Source: Nemertoderma westbladi
Taxonomy: Eukaryota; Animalia; Xenacoelomorpha
DNA: 64,000 nucleotides
Assembly (NCBI GenBank): GCA_032718475.1
Contig: JAUCBJ010009163.1
Span: 124,001 to 188,000 of the forward strand
Direction of reading: 5' to 3'
How positions within the stretch are numbered: the first letter of the stretch is position 1; each line of letters opens with the position of its first letter. Shown here piece by piece: positions 60,468-64,000 of this stretch. The notes under the pieces are model-generated. The model saw only the letters and a list, made by a program, of their open reading frames with translations. It had not been told where the DNA came from and did no database searches. The position numbers and the translations under genes were made by a program.

Positions 60468-63400
60468 CAACGAGTCGACACACGACGGCGGTCGACATGC
60501 CAGTGTCGCCGGCCAGCCACAGGCCGAGGGCGACGGACGGCCCACTGGAACGGCGACGGTGGGGCCGCCGGCACGACGCCGGACCCAGAGAGATGTAGGA
60601 GATGTCGGCAATGAGGACGTCGGGGTCCGCGATCGACTTCAACGGGCCTACAACGCCACCCGGAAATCACTTAAGGAGGCCAAGGAGGGGGCCCAGATAG
60701 ACGAGGTAAACCTAAATAAAAAACTAGGTGAGTCGAACGAACATTTTGACTATCTAAAACGTTTTGGGCAGGGAGAACTAGCCAGCGAGAGAGCGAGAGG
60801 GGTTGCCACCGAACTGTTCGAACTATGGGAATGCAGGGGTATGGAACCTAGCGTAGTGTACATAGGGCCATACTTAGTCGATGCCCGGGGAATAAAATTA
60901 GTGGGTTGGAGGAAACCGCAGGAGGGCGAATCCGAGGTTAACCCCGAGGATTCAGTCTCATCGGTCGGAAAAGGTTCCGAAAAAAGGGGGGGGGGGGGTT
61001 AGTAGGACGGGAAGGCGGAGGGAATCCGTCGCAACCGATAAGTCTGCTACATCCTCCGTAAAAGAAAGACGGGTGAGAGAAATAAATGCGGCGTGTTATC
61101 TCGATCTAATAGCGCAAGACCAGAGAGAAGTAGAGAGACAGTTAGAGGAGGGGAGAGTGCTATTAGAGAAAGAAATGGAACTGGCTAGAGAGACCGGAGA
61201 GAGGGCCGAGAAAGCCGCAAGAAGCTTTAGGGAGTGTGAGGAAATAGGGAGGAAGGAACGAGAAGAGCGCGAGGCGAGAGAGGAGTGTGAACGCAAAGAG
61301 CGCGAGGCTGAACGAAAGGAGCGCGAGGCAGAACTTAAAGAGCGTGAGGTGGCAAGGGAAGCGAAACGAATGGAGAGAGTTGAGAGAGCGAGGGATTTGG
61401 CCGAGCAGAGCGCGCGGGAGAGTCGGGAGAGAGCAGCGGAGGGGAAGCGTGTGCGGGATGGTTTACATGCCCGCCTAGGGGGGCTCATTCAATACCAAAC
61501 CAAACAAAAGCGCAGACTAAAAATGGCCCAGCTGGGGCTATCAGAAAGTGACGCTGGCTCGAGCATTTTCGAGGAGCCAAGGGTCGAAGAAACATTTATT
61601 AATACCCCACTTACAGGGACCGCACGACAGACCCGAGACTGGTGTAACCGTACGGGCGGGGGGGGGGGGGGGGTAATAATAATAATACAGTAGATAACGT
61701 TGATATTAATAGTACCGTACTAGATAATTCTAATCAAACTTTCATTGCAGGAAATAATATTTTGCCCGACAGTAGTAATTTAAATCCTAGTGATTCTAAT
61801 ATTAATGTAGGAAATAATTCAAATAATTTAAATCTAGGTCCGAATTTACAAAATAATCCAAATAATTTAAATATAAATCTGAATTTACAAAATAATTCAA
61901 ATAATCTTATTTCGAACGAGCAAAATAATTCCGTTTCTAATTTGGGCGCACAAGGTAACTTAATCGAGTTAGAGGATTTAATTGATCTAACCGATGACAA
62001 TATTAGTGGTGCTATTAACGTGAACGTGTCGGATGTGTATAACCCGGCAGACGAGGGCCTGGTAGGCCTACAGCTAGTAGGCAGAAAGTTGCGGGGTTGA
62101 GCCAACCCGAAGAGGGCCTGGTAGGCCACTTAGTTAGTGGGCTGGAAGTGGCGGGGTTGAGCCAACCCGGAGAGGGCCTGGTAGGCCACGTAGTTAGTAG
62201 GCAGGGAGTGGCTGGGTTGGGTAAACCCAGCGAGGGCCTGGTAGGCCACGTAGTTAGTAGGCAGAAAGTAGAGGGCCTGGTAGGCCACACAATAGCAGAG
62301 GGAGAGGCGGGGGTGAATAGACCCAGCCGCAGTAGGGTTGACGTGTCGGCTAGAGAGGGATATAGTAGCGGGGTGAGAGATAGTGAAGTTAGATGTGGCG
62401 AGTGGGGGGGGGGGGGGGGGGGGCTACAGGAGCCCCACAACAGCGAGTTAGCGGCGAAAGGGGGGGGGGGGCAGAGAGTGCCCCACAGGCGTCGACGGAT
62501 AATGCGCGGGCCGAGACAGGTAAACCGCAACACCCGGCGACGGAGAGTGATAGGGGGATTGCGAGTATCCCCAGCGGCGTGCAATCGAGCAGAGAGAGAC
62601 AGGTTGACGTCGCGAGAGGGCGGACGAAGCGTCGAGCCCGATCAGAAGAGGGAAGAAGAACAGTGGAGTTTAACCGGGAGGTCGACGAGAGATCTCACGA
62701 GCGGGAATACTGCACTACAGAGAGAAGAAGGGAAGAGAGTAGAAGAAGTGTCGCCGCGAACGACAGGAGAGCGAGGACGGATAGCGAGCCGTCGGTAGTA
62801 GAGGTGGAGACGGAGAGTCAGCAGGGTCGAACTTCGGGAGATTGCCGTCGCCCCGGAGGAGCGCGACCTGACGAGGCGTATTGCGCGCAGAGAGAGGGGT
62901 ACGGGATGTACCGGCACGAGAGCGAGAGCAGTAGAGGGGGTCGAAGAGAAGCTTCCCGACGGGATATACCTACCGATCGAGAATGCGGTGGCCGCGGGGA
63001 GGATTATTCGAGAAGGATAAACTTCGATCCCGAGCGACACATACAGACTGCAGGACATACTGTAGGCCTTACTGCACATACCATAGGCTATGCTGAGAGA
63101 GATAATATAGGCGATAGGATAGCGCGAACAGCGGGATTAAACCCGGAAGTCGCGGAGTATATACCGGCAAGGAGGCCAGAAGTAGATAGGCCTATACCGG
63201 TACCAGCACAGCAGTATGACTACAGCATGCAAGGACATAACATATACCCAGGGGAAGGGGGGATTATTGCGGATAGATGCATGGGCTCCAATATATTAAC
63301 ATCAACCCCAGTACCAAATATACCAGTGGGGGGGGGGGGGGGGGGACAGGGTGACATTCCCCCATCACAATATCAACAATATACCCCAGTAGGAGTAAGA

Positions 63401-64000
63401 ACATCGAACCCCTTGGACGAGAATAGATCATGCGACACAGAAATATGGAGGGGGCCGCTACCCCCTATGATATATCCAAGTCAGAGGAAAGCGGCAAACA
63501 GGACGAACGGACCGCACCCAACGGGAGAACCTATGCAGCACCCATCGAACCCATTGGAAGCGCAAGCGGTGGGGATGGCCACGTTAATCGATGCACTAAA
63601 AACAAGGATCGAGTTACCACCCGTGGAACCATTCAAATTCGATGGGAGTAGGCCGGAAGAATACCTACAGTTTCGGCGCATGTATAGTAACGAAATATTA
63701 ACGAAAAATTTGACGCAGGCGGAGTGCCTAAAGTATCTGCAAGTATATACAGGGGGCCCAGCATACGACATCGTGAGGCAATACCAGGGTATCGAGGGTG
63801 GCTTCACGACGGCATGGCGGGCGTTAGACAGGGAATACGGCACCCGGCCAAGATCATCCGGCAGACCCTGAGAGGTATAACATCGGGTGGCCTACAGGAT
63901 AACCCCGTTAGCATAAAGACATTCGCTAACAAAGTCGAGAAGGCGCTAATCGTGCTAAAGACATTGGATGCGCCATACGAACTCAACGCGTCCAACAACA
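60468..64000 (+). mobile_element. 5'-truncated BEL/Pao element D (B/C family), gag region, running off the window
   Basis: ORFs 60436-61002, 61073-61693, 61762-62100, 62097-62798 and 62393-63871 are colinear with C gag, sharing RIELPPVEPFKFDGSRPEEYLQF; no 5' LTR. Confidence 0.9.

Overview
Eukaryotic (probably invertebrate) heterochromatin with no host genes or RNA genes. An AT-rich tandem satellite with a ~416-bp monomer and higher-order structure runs from 1 to ~59967. It is interrupted by three BEL/Pao LTR retrotransposons, each on the minus strand with a 5-bp TSD: A (2632-15854), B (17971-25550) and C (26674-38123). A 1.25-kb non-autonomous piggyBac-like element also sits in the array (46553-47804). 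After the array ends there is a 5'-truncated plus-strand copy of the B/C family (D, ~60468 to window end). The main observation is that none of A, B or C has a tRNA primer-binding site. In each, the 9-12 nt directly after the 5' LTR are perfectly complementary to a site inside the element's own LTR, and B and C show compensatory changes at both sites. This points to Tf1-like self-primed reverse transcription in BEL/Pao elements. Element A also lacks integrase and carries an extra ORF with a DEDDy-type 3'-5' exonuclease-like domain plus zinc knuckles. B and C carry arrays of covarying small hairpins in their 3' UTRs. All domain calls come from reading motifs by eye; no searches were run.
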